Below, piece after piece: positions 30,384-31,382 of a stretch of DNA of 31,382 bases. A program made the position numbers and the translations under genes. The DNA is from Nitrospiraceae bacterium (lineage in GTDB: Bacteria > Nitrospirota > Nitrospiria > Nitrospirales > UBA2166). The notes beneath the pieces are model-generated. The model was given only the letters and a program-made list of their open reading frames with translations, made no database searches and was not told the origin of the DNA. Positions within the stretch are counted from its first letter, which is position 1, and each line of letters starts with the position of its first letter. The stretch lies in the NCBI GenBank assembly GCA_002726235.1, contig PBSN01000007.1:124001-155382 (forward strand), written 5' to 3'.

Positions 30384-30526
30384 TTTTCACAAACCTACCT
30401 AGAGTACCCTTAGACGACCATGTATCGATTTTGATCTGTTTTGTATCAATATTGATACACATCGCCGACAAAATGTCTCGAATATACTGACGAAAGTATT
30501 ATTTAAATACCAGCATTGCTCACGAT

Positions 30527-30610
30527 GAGGTTCATGGAGGAAAAATCTGGGTCACGAGCGTTGTTGGTCAGGGTGCTACGTTCTCGTTTACCCTCGAGCA
30601 CAGCGCCTAA
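30527..30610 (+). pseudogene. Histidine kinase HATPase_c C-terminal remnant
   Basis: Translates EVHGGKIWVTSVVGQGATFSFTL; no upstream kinase body. Confidence 0.75.
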
Positions 30611-31221
30611 TGGTATCTTGGGTTAGGTATTGGTCCAGATCGAGGCGCGAAAAAACTTCGCTAAGGGCGCCGGAAGCCACAGTTTTTCCGTCTTCCATGA
30701 GGAGCAGTGTCGTAGCCAGTTGCAGGACCTCATTGATGGCATGAGGTAACGTACACAATCGGAATGTGGNGAGTATCGCGCAGTTGTTGGATTAGAGGGA
30801 TGATTTCACGTTTTCGCTGAGCATCCAAGCCAACGAGGGGTTCGTCCATGTGTAAGAGTCGGGGGCTTGCCAAGACCGCACGGCCAATTGCCACCCGCCG
30901 TTGTTCTCCGCCTGACAGCCGCTGCGTGCGACGATGTAAGAGTGGCTGAAGGTCAAGGAGGTCAATGACTTGGTCCCAACTGATATATCGCTTGTGTGGC
31001 GGAGTGAAGACCTTCTGTTGCTCATCTTGCCAGACCTCGTTTTCAAACTGCACGTATCCTGTTGGTGAACGTTCGAGCCCTGCCAAGCAGCGCAGGAGAG
31101 TGGTTTTTCCAGAGCCCGACGGTCCAAAAATTGCCGTCATTCCATGCCTCGGCAGGGTGATATCAGTCTGAAGCCGAAAATGTGGCAAGGCAACATCAAA
31201 TTGTGCCTTCAGGATGTTCAT
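30590..31221 (-). pseudogene. modC: Disrupted molybdate ABC transporter ATPase
   Basis: GPSGSGKT, LSGGE and DEP are present. The Q-loop segment is deleted (PPHKR|YISW), there is a frameshift at VT|H (continues HAINEVLQLA...), and the TOBE domain is missing. Confidence 0.85.
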
Positions 31222-31382
31222 GCGACCCGAATTGGGAGACGTCTATTTATGGTATAGACGATGAGCAACGTGATGAACGAGAACAGGAGCAATCCTCCTG
31301 AGAGGGCGTGAGCCTGAGCATATTCCAGGGTCTCCACATGATCGTAAATTGAGATCGAGAGCACCTTTGTTTTTCCTGGGAT
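31218..31382 (-). CDS. modB: Molybdate ABC transporter permease, C-terminal part (runs off the window)
   Basis: IPGKTKVLSISIYDHVETLEYAQAHALS...; ATGA overlap with modC. Confidence 0.92.
   Translation of the reverse strand: MPGKTKVLSISIYDHVETLEYAQAHALSGGLLLFSFITLLIVYTINRRLPIRVA

Overview
Bacterial chromosomal window. The DnaX and GltB sequences suggest Nitrospirota, but this is a low-confidence impression. It has three parts. (1) Core block, 1-11.8 kb: two tRNA-Ser genes, SRP RNA (ffs), dnaX-ybaB, gltBD, a gamma-glutamylcyclotransferase, a glutathionyl-hydroquinone reductase, a YCF48-like propeller, dut and an ankyrin lipoprotein. (2) AT-richer surface-glycan island, 12-26.6 kb: a PhyH-like dioxygenase, two inverted paralogues with sialyltransferase-like HP motifs, an AsnB-like protein lacking Cys1, a NeuB-SAF-cytidylyltransferase fusion and a decayed PtmA-like SDR. 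It ends in a tightly coupled operon of Gfo/Idh/MocA oxidoreductase, divergent shikimate dehydrogenase, divergent DAHP synthase, GT2-pseudo-NeuA fusion and NeuA. (3) Accessory tail, 26.6-31.4 kb: small unrelated genes preceded by a four-copy intergenic promoter-like repeat, two attC-like remnants, a histidine-kinase scrap and a decayed modC after modB. The best novelty candidates are the shikimate-enzyme-derived CMP-sugar-acid operon and the repeated promoter/leader module. All calls come from motif reading only; no searches were run.
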